Positions 36,943 to 48,864 of a DNA stretch of 64,000 nucleotides are shown in pieces. A program made the translations under genes and the position numbers. This DNA is from Leucobacter sp. Its GTDB lineage: Bacteria > Actinomycetota > Actinomycetes > Actinomycetales > Microbacteriaceae. Every line of letters starts with the position of its first letter. Position 1 is the stretch's first letter. The DNA lies in assembly GCA_052094845.1 (NCBI GenBank), contig JBQDKK010000001.1, positions 163,386 to 227,385 of the forward strand, read 5' to 3'. The notes beneath the pieces are model-generated. The model was not told where the DNA came from and searched no databases. It saw nothing but the letters and a program-made list of their open reading frames with translations.

Positions 36943-38325
36943 ATGGGAGACATAGGCATTACAAAAGTTTCGCCCGTGAAGAAGTTCGCCGGATTGGCGC
37001 TCGTTGCCGGGGTGTTGCTCTCGGCGGCAAGCGTTCCTTCCGCGGCTGTCGCGGCTCCGTCAGACGCCGTCGCGTTCACGGACCCGGCATTGGAAGCGTG
37101 CGTCAGGGAACAGCTGCAGGCCGAGGAAGGCGACGCGCTCACCGAAGAACAGCTGGCATCGATGAAATCGCTCAGCTGCCGAAACCGCGGCATCACGGAC
37201 ATCGAACCGCTCGCCTTTGCGACGTCGGTGAGATTTCTCGATCTGTTTGGGAACCAGGTGTCCGATCTGAGTCCCATTGCAGACATGCTCGCGCTCGAAG
37301 ACCTGGGTCTCGCGAACAATCCCGTCGAAGAACTGGCCCCGCTTGCTGGGCACCCGTCGCTCAAGGACCTCTATCTCAACAACAGCACGGTGTCAGACCT
37401 GACCCCGCTCGCCAGCGTGTCGAACTTGCGCGCCCTGTTGCTGCACAACAACAAGATTTCAGACCTCACGCCACTGCAGAACGCGACGAATCTCATGATC
37501 CTGTACGTTCCGGGCAACTCCATCAGGGACCTCTCGCCGCTGAACGGGCTCCCGAAACTCCAGACCGTCAACGCAACGCGTCAGATGCTGCCACCGGTGG
37601 AGGTGACGGTGGGCTCTCCGATGGAATCCCCAGCGGTGAGCGTCAGCGGCGACCGCATCCCGCTGCAGATCACCGGGGGAGAAGGGGTCGTAGAGGGGAG
37701 CGCAATAACGTGGACTGCCGCGGGGTCGGGTAGCGTCCTCTGGGACCACACGTGGCCCCTCGGCGCCTCAAAGGGGCTCTACTCAGGCAGGTTCGACGTC
37801 AACGTTGCCCCTGCGCCCGCCGTTGCGTTGGAAGGCACGCCGCCCTCCGGTGTCGTGGGCACGCCGTACGGCTTCGACTTCGTGCTGACCGGGGTACCAA
37901 CCGCACCCACATCCACGATCGTCCAGGGCGCACTCCCTGACGGGCTGGCGCTGTCGACCGATGGGCGGATCGAGGGGACACCGACAAAGCCCGGGACGTT
38001 CGAGTTCGTGGTGCTGGTCGCCAACGGCGCGGCCGAACAAACCTACTCGCGCACCATCGTCGTCACCGAGCCCGCGATTGTCCCGCCGGAAGAGGGCGGC
38101 GAGGGTGACGGCGAAACCGAGGGTGGCGGCAATGGGAAGGAAAACGACAAGACCGGAGGCGTCACGGCGGGCTCGCAGAAACTCGCTGAGGGCGGTGGGG
38201 AGGCCCCCGGTTCGCTCATCGCCGTGTCGGCTGCCGCGCTTGTGCTGGGCGGGGCTGCGGCGGTGCTTGGGCGCCGCCGCACAGCACAGCGTCACGCTTT
38301 GAGTGGCTCGCGCCGCGGCGCATAG
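36943..38325 (+). CDS. Internalin-like LRR surface protein with Ig-like domain and sortase-type anchor
   Basis: Signal peptide; FTDPAL..CV cap; 6-7 22-aa repeats (LxxLxLxxNxIsDLsP); LPDGLAL..DGRI.GTP Ig domain; LAEGG, hydrophobic stretch, RRR. Confidence 0.88.
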   Translation: MGDIGITKVSPVKKFAGLALVAGVLLSAASVPSAAVAAPSDAVAFTDPALEACVREQLQAEEGDALTEEQLASMKSLSCRNRGITDIEPLAFATSVRFLDLFGNQVSDLSPIADMLALEDLGLANNPVEELAPLAGHPSLKDLYLNNSTVSDLTPLASVSNLRALLLHNNKISDLTPLQNATNLMILYVPGNSIRDLSPLNGLPKLQTVNATRQMLPPVEVTVGSPMESPAVSVSGDRIPLQITGGEGVVEGSAITWTAAGSGSVLWDHTWPLGASKGLYSGRFDVNVAPAPAVALEGTPPSGVVGTPYGFDFVLTGVPTAPTSTIVQGALPDGLALSTDGRIEGTPTKPGTFEFVVLVANGAAEQTYSRTIVVTEPAIVPPEEGGEGDGETEGGGNGKENDKTGGVTAGSQKLAEGGGEAPGSLIAVSAAALVLGGAAAVLGRRRTAQRHALSGSRRGA

Positions 38326-38423
38326 GCGGCACCAGCGTCAATGCGGGCCGGGCGGCACCCCTCGTGGGTGTTGCCCGGCCCGCGACGGCTGCCCGGCTCG
38401 TGATGACTCCAGGAAAACAAAGA

Positions 38424-38452
38424 AGCCCCGAGATCGTGATGATCTCGGGGCT
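38424..38452 (-). terminator. Terminator of tRNA-Lys
   Basis: agccccgagatc-n5-gatctcggggct with a T-rich tail on the minus strand. Confidence 0.75.
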
Positions 38453-38458
38453 AATCTG

Positions 38459-38531
<73 letters not shown>

Positions 38532-38686
38532 TTGCTGCGGTGTGCAACGGGATATACGATAGCACGCAAATTTTCGCCTAATCAAATCGGGGCAAAAAAC
38601 TGTGTATCCCGCGTGTGCCGCGGCCCCAAAATCCTAGTGCGTTGGGGCCGCGTCGCGCAGCAAAAACCGCGGAATGGTGCGGATGT

Positions 38687-39997
38687 TCACTCGCCGGTCA
38701 CGTGATTCACCTGCGTGGAACGCGCTCGGGCGTGTTTGCGCTGGCTCGGCACGAGAACTGCGGCCGCGACGACGACCGCGAGGAGTGACGCGACCATGAC
38801 AGAGAGTCGGCCGGTGTCGATGTCGCTTGCGTTGGTGAAGCTGAGCTCGGCGACGAGCATCGCTACGGTGAAGCCGACGCCCGCGAGAGCGCCAACGCCG
38901 ATGACCTCGCGCCAGAGCACGGACGAGCCGAGGGTCGCCCGCGTGAAGCGGGTGAGTAGCCACGTAGTGAGCGTGATGCCGAGCGGCTTGCCGATGACGA
39001 GGCCGAGCATGATTCCGATCGCGATCGGGTCGAGGGGGAACCGCGAGGCGCCCCCGAGCGAGACGCCGGCGGCAAAGAGTGCGAAGACCGGCACTGCGAT
39101 GAAGGCTGACAGTGGGTGGAAGCGGTTGTTCAGCGTCTCGGAGACCTCTCCGCCGGTCTTGCCGCGCACGGGGACGAGGAAGGCGAGAACAACGCCCGCG
39201 ATCGTCGCGTGGATGCCCGAGTTGTAGAACAGCGCCCACGTGGTGATGCCGAGGGGGAGCAGGATCAGCCAGGCGCCCCACTTCGACTGCGCGAACCACT
39301 CGCCCTTCCAACGCATAAGAAGCGCGAAGACGAGCGCGGGGGCGATCGCGATGAGGAGGGGCGTGAAGTTCACGCCGTCGGTGTAGAAGATCGCGATGAT
39401 GGCGATCGCGATGAAGTCGTCGACGACGGCGAGCGTGAGGAGGAACATGCGCAGGGCCGGGTTAATTCGGGGGGCGATCAGGCCGAGAACGGCGACCGCG
39501 AATGCGATATCTGTCGCGGTCGGGATCGCCCAGCCGTGTGACGTCGTGGTCCCCGCATTCACGGCGAGGTAGATCGCTGCTGGGAAGGCCACGCCGCCAA
39601 CCGCGGCGGCTACCGGCACGATCGCCGTGCGCGGGGAACGCAGGTCACCCTCGACGAACTCGCGCTTGAGCTCGAGACCGACCATGAAGAAGAAGATCGC
39701 GAGCAGGCCATCGGACGCCCAGTGGCTGACGCTCATGTGGAGCCCGAGGGCTTCCGGGCCGATCTTGAACTCGCGTAGTTCAAGGAACCACTCTGAGATG
39801 GGGCTGTTCGCGGCGACGAAGCCCACGAGGGCGGCGATCATGATGATGAGCCCGCCGACGAACTCGCGGCGCAGCAGCCGGTTGAGGCGCAGCAGTTCGC
39901 GCCTGCCGATATAGGCGAACAGGCGGCGGCGCGGGCGCCGCTGGCTTCGCGCCTGTGGCGCATGTGGGATCGGCGAGGTGGGGGTGGGGTTCGTCAT
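38687..39997 (-). CDS. nhaA: Na+/H+ antiporter NhaA
   Basis: DGLLAIFFF.VGLELKRE, GWAIPTATDIAFA, LAVVDD, SGIHATIAGV, GVGFTV; RBS gaggag before ATG 39997. Confidence 0.95.
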   Translation of the reverse strand: MTNPTPTSPIPHAPQARSQRRPRRRLFAYIGRRELLRLNRLLRREFVGGLIIMIAALVGFVAANSPISEWFLELREFKIGPEALGLHMSVSHWASDGLLAIFFFMVGLELKREFVEGDLRSPRTAIVPVAAAVGGVAFPAAIYLAVNAGTTTSHGWAIPTATDIAFAVAVLGLIAPRINPALRMFLLTLAVVDDFIAIAIIAIFYTDGVNFTPLLIAIAPALVFALLMRWKGEWFAQSKWGAWLILLPLGITTWALFYNSGIHATIAGVVLAFLVPVRGKTGGEVSETLNNRFHPLSAFIAVPVFALFAAGVSLGGASRFPLDPIAIGIMLGLVIGKPLGITLTTWLLTRFTRATLGSSVLWREVIGVGALAGVGFTVAMLVAELSFTNASDIDTGRLSVMVASLLAVVVAAAVLVPSQRKHARARSTQVNHVTGE

Positions 39998-40030
39998 CAA
40001 TGACTCCTCGTGGTGGGTTGGTTCGAACGC

Positions 40031-40062
40031 AACGTCGACCAGACTTCCCGACACACCTAACC
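40031..40062 (-). promoter_or_regulatory. Candidate nhaA-associated riboswitch/leader motif
   Basis: GTTAGGTGTGTCGGGAAGTCTGGTCGACGTT directly after a TAGTTT -10 (40068-73); GTCG/CGAC stem; similarity to known nhaA motifs recalled, not verified. Confidence 0.4.
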
Positions 40063-40111
40063 GCTGAAAACTATCGCACCTTGCCCGCGGAGGCAAGTGC
40101 GGTGCGGGCCG

Positions 40112-40324
40112 TTACTCGTCGGCGAACTCGGCGTCGCGATCCTGCATTGCGACACCGGCGATCGCAAGAATGAGGCCGGCGATCCAGACACCCCACACGA
40201 TAAACCGACGCCAGTCACGCGGCATCGAATTCGTGCGGCGCGCCGTCGAAACGACACCGGCCGCGGCGCCAAGCACTCCGATGTTGGTGAGGTACTTACC
40301 AACCTCAATGCGTTGCCGAGTCAT
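40112..40324 (-). CDS. Small membrane protein
   Basis: 70 aa MTRQRIEVGKYLTN...WGVWIAGLILAIAGV; one or two hydrophobic helices. Confidence 0.7.
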   Translation of the reverse strand: MTRQRIEVGKYLTNIGVLGAAAGVVSTARRTNSMPRDWRRFIVWGVWIAGLILAIAGVAMQDRDAEFADE

Positions 40325-40497
40325 GGAACACCTCCGGGCCGAGTGACTGTATAGGGGTGAAGCGCCGCGTGAGCGCCCGCACGCCAAGCCTAACGGGTGC
40401 GCCCCTGGCAGTGCGCTTCTGGGCGGGTCTAGGCTACGCTGGGTGTATCGCGCGTAACTGCGTGCAAGCTTTTGAACCACGGAGGATTTGAGAAGTC

Positions 40498-40737
40498 ATG
40501 GCAAAGCAGAGCGAGGACCTGTTCGAGGAGAGCTCACAGGGTTCGGTGAGCGCCGTTACGGCAATCGTGTTTGTCCTGTCATTCGCGCTCGCGATGGGCG
40601 GCATCGTGCTCGCGAGCTACGGGTTCAACCCCTCGCTCGGCATGAGCACTGAGCTGTTCATCTTCGCGGGCGGCCTGGCCGCAGCGACGATCGGGTTCGC
40701 GCTGCCGTTCGCGCTCCTCCCGAAGCTCGGCAAGTAA
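40498..40737 (+). CDS. Small two-TM membrane protein
   Basis: 79 aa with two hydrophobic helices; followed by terminator hairpin 40760-40792. Confidence 0.75.
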   Translation: MAKQSEDLFEESSQGSVSAVTAIVFVLSFALAMGGIVLASYGFNPSLGMSTELFIFAGGLAAATIGFALPFALLPKLGK

Positions 40738-40840
40738 CGCCGAAGTCACGTCTGAAGGAAGAGGCACCCGGAGCTCAGCTCCGGGTGCCTCTCTCGTTTA
40801 CGTCCCGCTTCGGGAATCCCTCAGGGCGTAGGATGAGTCC

Positions 40841-42544
40841 ATGGCAGAGAAGTCAAATATCGATATGAAGCCGCGCAGCCGCGACGTCACCGACGGCATT
40901 GAGAAGGCCGCCGCGCGTGGCATGCTTCGCGCTGTCGGCATGGGGGACGAAGACTGGGACAAGCCACAGATCGGTATTGCGAGCTCGTGGAACGAGATCA
41001 CACCCTGCAACCTCAGCCTCGACCGGCTCGCGCAGGGCGCGAAGGAGGGGGTGCACTCGGGCGGGGGATACCCGCTCCAGTTCGGCACCGTCTCCGTCTC
41101 TGACGGCATCTCGATGGGCCATGAGGGCATGCACTTCTCGCTCGTGTCGCGCGAGGTCATCGCCGACTCGGTCGAAACGGTCATGATGGCGGAGCGCCTC
41201 GACGGCTCGGTGCTGCTCGCGGGGTGCGACAAGTCGCTGCCTGGCATGCTCATGGCCGCCGCCAGGCTCGACCTCGCCTCAGTGTTTCTGTACGCGGGAT
41301 CGGTCGCGCCCGGCTGGGTGAAGCTCACGGACGGCACCGAGAAGGAAGTCACCATCATCGACGCCTTCGAAGCTGTCGGCGCGTGCAAGGCGGGCACGAT
41401 GAGCGAAGAGGATCTGAAGCGCATCGAGTGCGCAATCGTTCCCGGTGAGGGCGCGTGCGGCGGCATGTACACGGCGAACACGATGGCCTCGATCGCTGAG
41501 GCGCTCGGAATGAGCCTTCCCGGTTCCGCGGCGCCGCCCTCGTACGACCGGCGTCGCGACTACTTCGCGCACCGCTCTGGCGAGGCCGTCGTGAACATGA
41601 TCGCGAAGGGCATCACCGCCCGCGACATCCTCACGAAGAAGGCGTTCGAGAACGCGATCACGCTGCTCATGGCATACGGCGGTTCGACGAACGCGGTGCT
41701 GCACCTGCTCGCGATCGCTCGCGAGGCCGAGGTCGACCTCACTCTCGCGGACTTCAACCGCATCGGCGCGAAGGTTCCACACCTCGCCGACATGAAGCCG
41801 TTCGGCAAGTACGTCATGGCCGACATCGACCGTCAGGGCGGCGTGCCCGTCGTGCTGAAGGCGCTGCTCGACGCGGGTCTCCTGCACGGTGACGCGCTCA
41901 CCGTCACCGGGAAGACGATGGCTGAGAACCTCGCCGACCTGAACCCCGACCCTATCGACGGCAAGGTGATCCACCACCTCGACGACCCGATCCACGCGAC
42001 CGGCGGGCTCACCATCCTGCACGGTTCGCTCGCGCCGGAGGGCGCCGTCGTGAAGACCGCGGGCTTCGACGCCGACGTCTTCGAGGGCCCTGCGCGCGTG
42101 TTTGAGCGTGAGCGCGCCGCGATGGACGCGCTCACCGAGGGCAAGATCGGCAAGGGCGACATCGTTGTGATCCGCTACGAGGGGCCGAAGGGTGGCCCGG
42201 GCATGCGCGAGATGCTTGCGATTACTGGCGCGATCAAGGGCGCGGGGCTCGGAAAAGATGTACTACTATTGACTGACGGCAGATTCTCGGGCGGCACAAC
42301 CGGCCTGTGTATCGGCCACATCGCGCCTGAGGCCTCGGATGGAGGCCCAGTGGCGCTCGTGCACGACGGTGACCTGATACGGGTTGACATCGCGGCACAG
42401 ACGCTCGATCTGCTGGTAGACCCCGCTGAGCTTGAGGCCCGACGTGCGAACTGGGCCCCGCTTCCCCCGCGCTATACGCGGGGAGTGCTCGCGAAGTACG
42501 CAAAGCTCGTGCATTCGGCATCTGAGGGTGCCATCACGGGCTAG
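40841..42544 (+). CDS. ilvD: Dihydroxy-acid dehydratase
   Basis: [49 protein letters not shown]. Confidence 0.98.
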   Translation: MAEKSNIDMKPRSRDVTDGIEKAAARGMLRAVGMGDEDWDKPQIGIASSWNEITPCNLSLDRLAQGAKEGVHSGGGYPLQFGTVSVSDGISMGHEGMHFSLVSREVIADSVETVMMAERLDGSVLLAGCDKSLPGMLMAAARLDLASVFLYAGSVAPGWVKLTDGTEKEVTIIDAFEAVGACKAGTMSEEDLKRIECAIVPGEGACGGMYTANTMASIAEALGMSLPGSAAPPSYDRRRDYFAHRSGEAVVNMIAKGITARDILTKKAFENAITLLMAYGGSTNAVLHLLAIAREAEVDLTLADFNRIGAKVPHLADMKPFGKYVMADIDRQGGVPVVLKALLDAGLLHGDALTVTGKTMAENLADLNPDPIDGKVIHHLDDPIHATGGLTILHGSLAPEGAVVKTAGFDADVFEGPARVFERERAAMDALTEGKIGKGDIVVIRYEGPKGGPGMREMLAITGAIKGAGLGKDVLLLTDGRFSGGTTGLCIGHIAPEASDGGPVALVHDGDLIRVDIAAQTLDLLVDPAELEARRANWAPLPPRYTRGVLAKYAKLVHSASEGAITG

Positions 42545-42611
42545 TTCCCACATTCGACGCGCTGGTCCCGATGCGGCCCGCGTTCAATCACTACCGTAAG
42601 AAAGCGAAAGA

Positions 42612-44414
42612 ATGACGCTCGAGTCGAACGCTATTCAACGACAATCAGGCGAGCCGCCCGCCCGCGGCGAGCGAATGACCGGCGCAATGGCCGTCGTCCG
42701 CAGCCTTGACGCACTTGGGGTCACCGACGTCTTCGGCCTTCCCGGCGGCGCCGTCCTGCCCCTGTATGACACCCTCATGGGTGACGAGCACCTCCGCCAC
42801 GTTCTCGTGCGACACGAGCAGGGTGGCGGCCATGCCGCCGAGGGCTACGCCGCGGCATCCGGCAAGGTCGGTGTCGCGATCGCGACCTCGGGCCCCGGCG
42901 CGACGAACCTCGTCACTGCGATCGCCGACGCGTACATGGACTCTGTCCCGCTGCTCGCAATCACCGGCCAGGTGTTTTCGCACCTCATGGGAACGGACGC
43001 GTTCCAGGAGGCCGACATCATGGGCATTACGATGCCCATTACGAAGCACTCGTTCCTCGTGAAGACGGCGGATGAGGTGCCAGCCGCGATCGCCGCCGCC
43101 TACCACCTCGCCTCGACGGGCCGCCCCGGCCCAGTACTCGTGGACATCACGAAGGATGCGCAGGAGGGCGAGCTCGACTTCGTCTGGGACCCCCGCGTTG
43201 ACCTGCCCGGATACCGCCCGATCACGAAGGCGAACAGCAAGCAGATTCAGGCCGCGGCCGAGCTCATTGCTGAGGCAGAACGCCCTGTGTTCTACGTCGG
43301 CGGCGGCGTCGGCCGAGCCGGCGCTTCCGAGGAACTCAAGCAGCTCGCCGAGCTCGTTGGCGCGCCCGTCGTCACGACGCTTATGGCGCGCGGCGTGTTC
43401 CCCGACTCGCACCCGCAGCACCTGGGCATGCCCGGCATGCACGGCACAGTTCCCGCGGTGCTCGCGCTGCAGGAGGCCGACCTGCTCATCACTTTGGGCG
43501 CCCGGTTCGACGACCGCGTCACGGGCAAGGCAGCGCTGTTCGCTCCCGACGCCAAGGTGATCCACGCCGACATTGACCCCGCTGAGATCGGCAAGATCCG
43601 CGCCGCCGATGTGCCGATCGTTGGCGACGCGGCCGAGGTCATCTCCGACCTCATCGCCGCGGTGTCGACGGCGAAGCTCGGCCGTGATTTCGCCGATATG
43701 ACGGCCTGGTGGGAGCGCCTGCGCGGGCTGCAGGAGACCTACCCGCTGGGCTACGCCGAGACGAGCGACGGGCTGCTGTCGCCGCAGCACATCATTCAGC
43801 GGATCGGTGAGCTCACCGGCCCCGAAGCGATCTACGCCGCTGGCGTCGGCCAACACCAGATGTGGGCAGCTCAGTTCATCAAGTACGAGCGCCCGAACTC
43901 GTGGCTGAACTCGGGTGGCGCCGGCACGATGGGGTACGCGGTTCCCGCTGCCATGGGTGCCAAGGTTGCCGAGCCCGAGCGCACGGTGTGGGCGATCGAC
44001 GGCGACGGCTGCTTCCAGATGACGAACCAGGAGCTCGCGACCTGTGTCGTGAACAACATCCCGATCAAGGTCGCCGTCATCAATAACTCTTCACTCGGCA
44101 TGGTGCGCCAGTGGCAGACCCTCATCTACAACGGGCGCTACTCGAACACCGAGCTGAACACGGGCCACGGCTCGCAGCGCGTTCCCGACTTCGTGAAGCT
44201 TGGCGAAGCCTACGGCTGCCTCGCGATTCGCGTGGAAAAGGAAGACGAGATCGACGCGGCGATCAAGCTTGCGCTCGAGACGAACGATCGACCCGTCGTC
44301 ATCGACTTTGTCGTGAGCGCAGACGCGATGGTGTGGCCGATGGTTCGCCAGGGCACCTCCAACAGCGATGTCCAGTATGCCCTTGAGCAAGCCCCCGAGT
44401 GGGAGGGAGAGTAA
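42612..44414 (+). CDS. ilvB: Acetolactate synthase large subunit
   Basis: [52 protein letters not shown]. Confidence 0.98.
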   Translation: MTLESNAIQRQSGEPPARGERMTGAMAVVRSLDALGVTDVFGLPGGAVLPLYDTLMGDEHLRHVLVRHEQGGGHAAEGYAAASGKVGVAIATSGPGATNLVTAIADAYMDSVPLLAITGQVFSHLMGTDAFQEADIMGITMPITKHSFLVKTADEVPAAIAAAYHLASTGRPGPVLVDITKDAQEGELDFVWDPRVDLPGYRPITKANSKQIQAAAELIAEAERPVFYVGGGVGRAGASEELKQLAELVGAPVVTTLMARGVFPDSHPQHLGMPGMHGTVPAVLALQEADLLITLGARFDDRVTGKAALFAPDAKVIHADIDPAEIGKIRAADVPIVGDAAEVISDLIAAVSTAKLGRDFADMTAWWERLRGLQETYPLGYAETSDGLLSPQHIIQRIGELTGPEAIYAAGVGQHQMWAAQFIKYERPNSWLNSGGAGTMGYAVPAAMGAKVAEPERTVWAIDGDGCFQMTNQELATCVVNNIPIKVAVINNSSLGMVRQWQTLIYNGRYSNTELNTGHGSQRVPDFVKLGEAYGCLAIRVEKEDEIDAAIKLALETNDRPVVIDFVVSADAMVWPMVRQGTSNSDVQYALEQAPEWEGE

Positions 44415-44416
44415 TC

Positions 44417-46029
<1,613 letters not shown>

Positions 46030-46057
46030 CGTTCGACGCTAGCGGATCTCGCAAGCA

Positions 46058-46100
46058 AGGGTGGGCGCCCGGAGGAAACTCCGGGCGCCCACCCTCTTTT
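46058..46100 (+). terminator. Terminator of ilv operon
   Basis: agggtgggcgcccggag-gaaa-ctccgggcgcccaccct-ctttt. Confidence 0.85.
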
Positions 46101-46198
46101 CGCTGTGGGTGCCTCACACCACCTGCGATCTACGTTGTACATGCCCTCCCGGCCCGGTGAGGGCATTTCTTGGGCAGATCACAGACGAGGCGTGCGAG

Positions 46199-48796
46199 CT
46201 AAGCCCCGCCTGCGCCCCGCCCCATCGCCCGCTTTGTTCGCGCCGTGGCCTCCGCCGCCCAGGGGTCTTCTGGCCACGGGTGTTTCGGGTACTTGCCCCG
46301 CATCTCGCGCCGTACGTCTTGGTACGGCCCATTCCAGAACGAGGCGAGGTCAGCCGTCACAGCCAACGGCCTGCGAGCGGGCGACAGCAGGTGGAAGAGC
46401 ACAGGGACCCGCCCGTCTAAGAGCCGCGGGGTCTCTGCGAGCCCGAAGACCTCCTGCAGTTTCACTGCGACGACCGGGCCCCCCGAGCCCGAGAAGGCCT
46501 CAGCGTAGTCGATCGCCGCTGTCGAGCCAGAGGGAACTCGCAGGCGCTCGGGCACGAGCTCGTCAATGCGCGCCGCTTCAGGCCACGGGAGCAGCCGGCG
46601 CAGCGCGCCCATCACGTCGAGTGACGCGAGCGACGCTTTGGGGCTGAGCCTGTCGAGGTCAGGCCCGAGCCAGTCGCGCACCCGGTCGAGCAGCGCCCCG
46701 TCGGAAACGTCGGGCCAGGGACCGCCGAGTTCGCGGTGCAGCAGTGCAAGCCTGGCGCGCAGCGCGCTCGCGGGCCCGGTCCAGTTCAGCGCGGAAAGGC
46801 CCGCCTCCCGCAGGTGTGCGGCGAACGCCGGGCCAGAGTCTTCGGGGAGGGGAGTAGCCGGCTGCGAAGAGAGGAGGATCGCGCCAAGCCGATCTTCCTC
46901 GCGCACTCGCACGCGGCCCTCCTCAATACGCGCGCTGCGCTCACGGGTGCGCAGCGAGGCGCTGATCCTGATCGCGTCCTCGGCGGAAAGCGCGGCGGCG
47001 AGACGAATTACGGCGCCGGTGCCGTCGGCGGCGCGGCCCTCTGCGCGCTGCACCTCGCGCACGGCGATCCACTCTGACGTGAGGAGCGGGCTGCCCTCGG
47101 GGACGGCAGCCCGCGTGCCGCTCGCGAACAGGTAGCTCCGGGAGTGCTCGGCTGAGCGACGCGCGACCCACTCCGGCCGCGCGTAACCGGCAGCGATGCC
47201 CTCGGGCTGGGACGAGGCTCCCGAGGCTCCCGCGGCGCCGGCCCGGTGTTCCGACCCAAACCGGGCGAACCGCTCGACCTCGCGGCGCCACCTGTCGGCG
47301 CCGGGTGCCCGCCCGGTTCGCAGCTCTCTGAGCAGCGTCGAGAGATCGGCATCCGGTGCGCGGTAGTCGTCAGAGAACGCCGCCACGGCTTCCGCTATCC
47401 GTTTGGCATCGCCCGTTGCCGCTGTGCCCGCGGTGATCGCGCGTGCCTCCCGCGCCCCGAAAGGTTGCCCGGCAATTCGAGCCCCGAGTGGCGTGACGCC
47501 GCCCGCCGCGTCTGTGAGGTCGAGCGTGCAGAGCGTGGCCTGGGCTCGCTTGATCGCCGCCTCGGGCGGGGCGGTGAGCAGCCTGAGGCCCGCGCCTCCC
47601 GGCGTGCCCCAGGCCGCGAGGAGGAGCGCGGCGTCTGTGAGATCGGCGGACAGGATCTCGGGTGTGATTGCCGCCGGCATCCGCGCGAAGTCAGCCTCAG
47701 TGTACGCCCGCACCGCGCGCCCGGCGCCCTCGCGGGCTGCGCGGCCCGCACGCTGCTCGGCGCTTGCGCGCGATGCGCTCACGGTGACGAGCCCCTCCAT
47801 GTCGCGGGCTCGGTCGCGACGCACCTCGCGCGACAGGCCCGCGTCGATGACGAGCCGAACGCCGGGGACAGTGAGCGAGCTCTCGGCGAGGGCGGTGCTG
47901 ACAACGATCCGCGGAGGATCTTGCGGGCCGCGGCCGGAGACGGCGCGATCCTGTTCGCGCGAACTCAGCCGCCCGTGGAGCGCGAGGACCTCAACCGGCC
48001 CGCCGGGGCGGCCGGCGCACAGCTCCCGCGCCTCGGCAACCACAGCGTCGACTTCCCGCGCGCCCGGCAAGAACACCAGAGCATCGCAGCCCTGCGCGGC
48101 CTGTTCCCTGACCGCGAGCCGTGCGACGTGCGACAGGAACGCGCGGGTGACCCCGCGGTCGTCGAGGCGCGGCGACGCGCCAGCATCGTACGAGATCTCG
48201 AGCGGGTGGAGCGGGGAGGGGACGTGCACGACCGCACCCGAGATCAGGTCGGCGGTCGCCTCAGCGGCAAGCGTCGCGGACATCGCGACGAGGATCAGGT
48301 CGGGCCTGAGCTCGCGCACCTCAGCGAGCATCCCGAGCAGCAGGTCGCCGTCGACCGATCGCTCGTGCACCTCGTCAAGGATGACGGCGCCCACGCCCTC
48401 GAGCTCGGGGTCTGAGAGCAGACGACGCAGCAAGACACCGGGGGTAAGGGCCTCGACCGCGGTGCTGCTGCCGATACGACGATCGCCCCTCACCGTGAAG
48501 CCGACGGGGCCGCCAAGCTCCGAGCCGTCAAGCGAGGCAAGGCGCCTGGCGGCTGCGCGCACTGCCACCCTGCGGGGTTGGGTGAGGAGGGTGCGTTCGT
48601 TGCCCGAACGCGCGTCCGCGGCGATCTGGGCAACGAGGTTTGCGGTGAGCGCGGGCACATACGTTGTCTTGCCAGTGCCGGGTGGCGCAGTGATGACGGC
48701 GGCGCCCGTGCGCAGGGCCCGCTCGATCTCTGCGGAAGCCGCCGAGACGGGGAGGCCCGCGCCGATCGTGGCGAGGTCGAAACGATGCGCGGTCAT
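46199..48796 (-). CDS. hrpB: ATP-dependent helicase HrpB
   Basis: PPGTGKT, QPRRVA, DEVHER, MSAT, QRAGRAARE, KLQEVFG, YPKHPWP; leaderless (TAGGAT 6 nt before ATG). Confidence 0.96.
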   Translation of the reverse strand: MTAHRFDLATIGAGLPVSAASAEIERALRTGAAVITAPPGTGKTTYVPALTANLVAQIAADARSGNERTLLTQPRRVAVRAAARRLASLDGSELGGPVGFTVRGDRRIGSSTAVEALTPGVLLRRLLSDPELEGVGAVILDEVHERSVDGDLLLGMLAEVRELRPDLILVAMSATLAAEATADLISGAVVHVPSPLHPLEISYDAGASPRLDDRGVTRAFLSHVARLAVREQAAQGCDALVFLPGAREVDAVVAEARELCAGRPGGPVEVLALHGRLSSREQDRAVSGRGPQDPPRIVVSTALAESSLTVPGVRLVIDAGLSREVRRDRARDMEGLVTVSASRASAEQRAGRAAREGAGRAVRAYTEADFARMPAAITPEILSADLTDAALLLAAWGTPGGAGLRLLTAPPEAAIKRAQATLCTLDLTDAAGGVTPLGARIAGQPFGAREARAITAGTAATGDAKRIAEAVAAFSDDYRAPDADLSTLLRELRTGRAPGADRWRREVERFARFGSEHRAGAAGASGASSQPEGIAAGYARPEWVARRSAEHSRSYLFASGTRAAVPEGSPLLTSEWIAVREVQRAEGRAADGTGAVIRLAAALSAEDAIRISASLRTRERSARIEEGRVRVREEDRLGAILLSSQPATPLPEDSGPAFAAHLREAGLSALNWTGPASALRARLALLHRELGGPWPDVSDGALLDRVRDWLGPDLDRLSPKASLASLDVMGALRRLLPWPEAARIDELVPERLRVPSGSTAAIDYAEAFSGSGGPVVAVKLQEVFGLAETPRLLDGRVPVLFHLLSPARRPLAVTADLASFWNGPYQDVRREMRGKYPKHPWPEDPWAAEATARTKRAMGRGAGGA

Positions 48797-48864
48797 CTGT
48801 CCATCCTAAAACGCCGCGTGGCCCCGGGAACCCCCGAGGCCACGCGGCGTCTACGCGTTCGAGA

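Noticed and set aside
38620-38650. cggccccaa...ttggggccg hairpin as a fourth palindrome copy
   Set aside because: Only one box pair and the wrong spacing; its position fits the nhaA terminator.
47403-48809. 468-aa plus-strand ORF opposite hrpB, and similar long antisense ORFs (448-1428, 8873-9916, 42645-43856, 61167-62819)
   Set aside because: Shadow frames of high-GC3 genes; Arg/Ala/Pro/Ser-rich or mirror-codon composition with no recognisable motifs.
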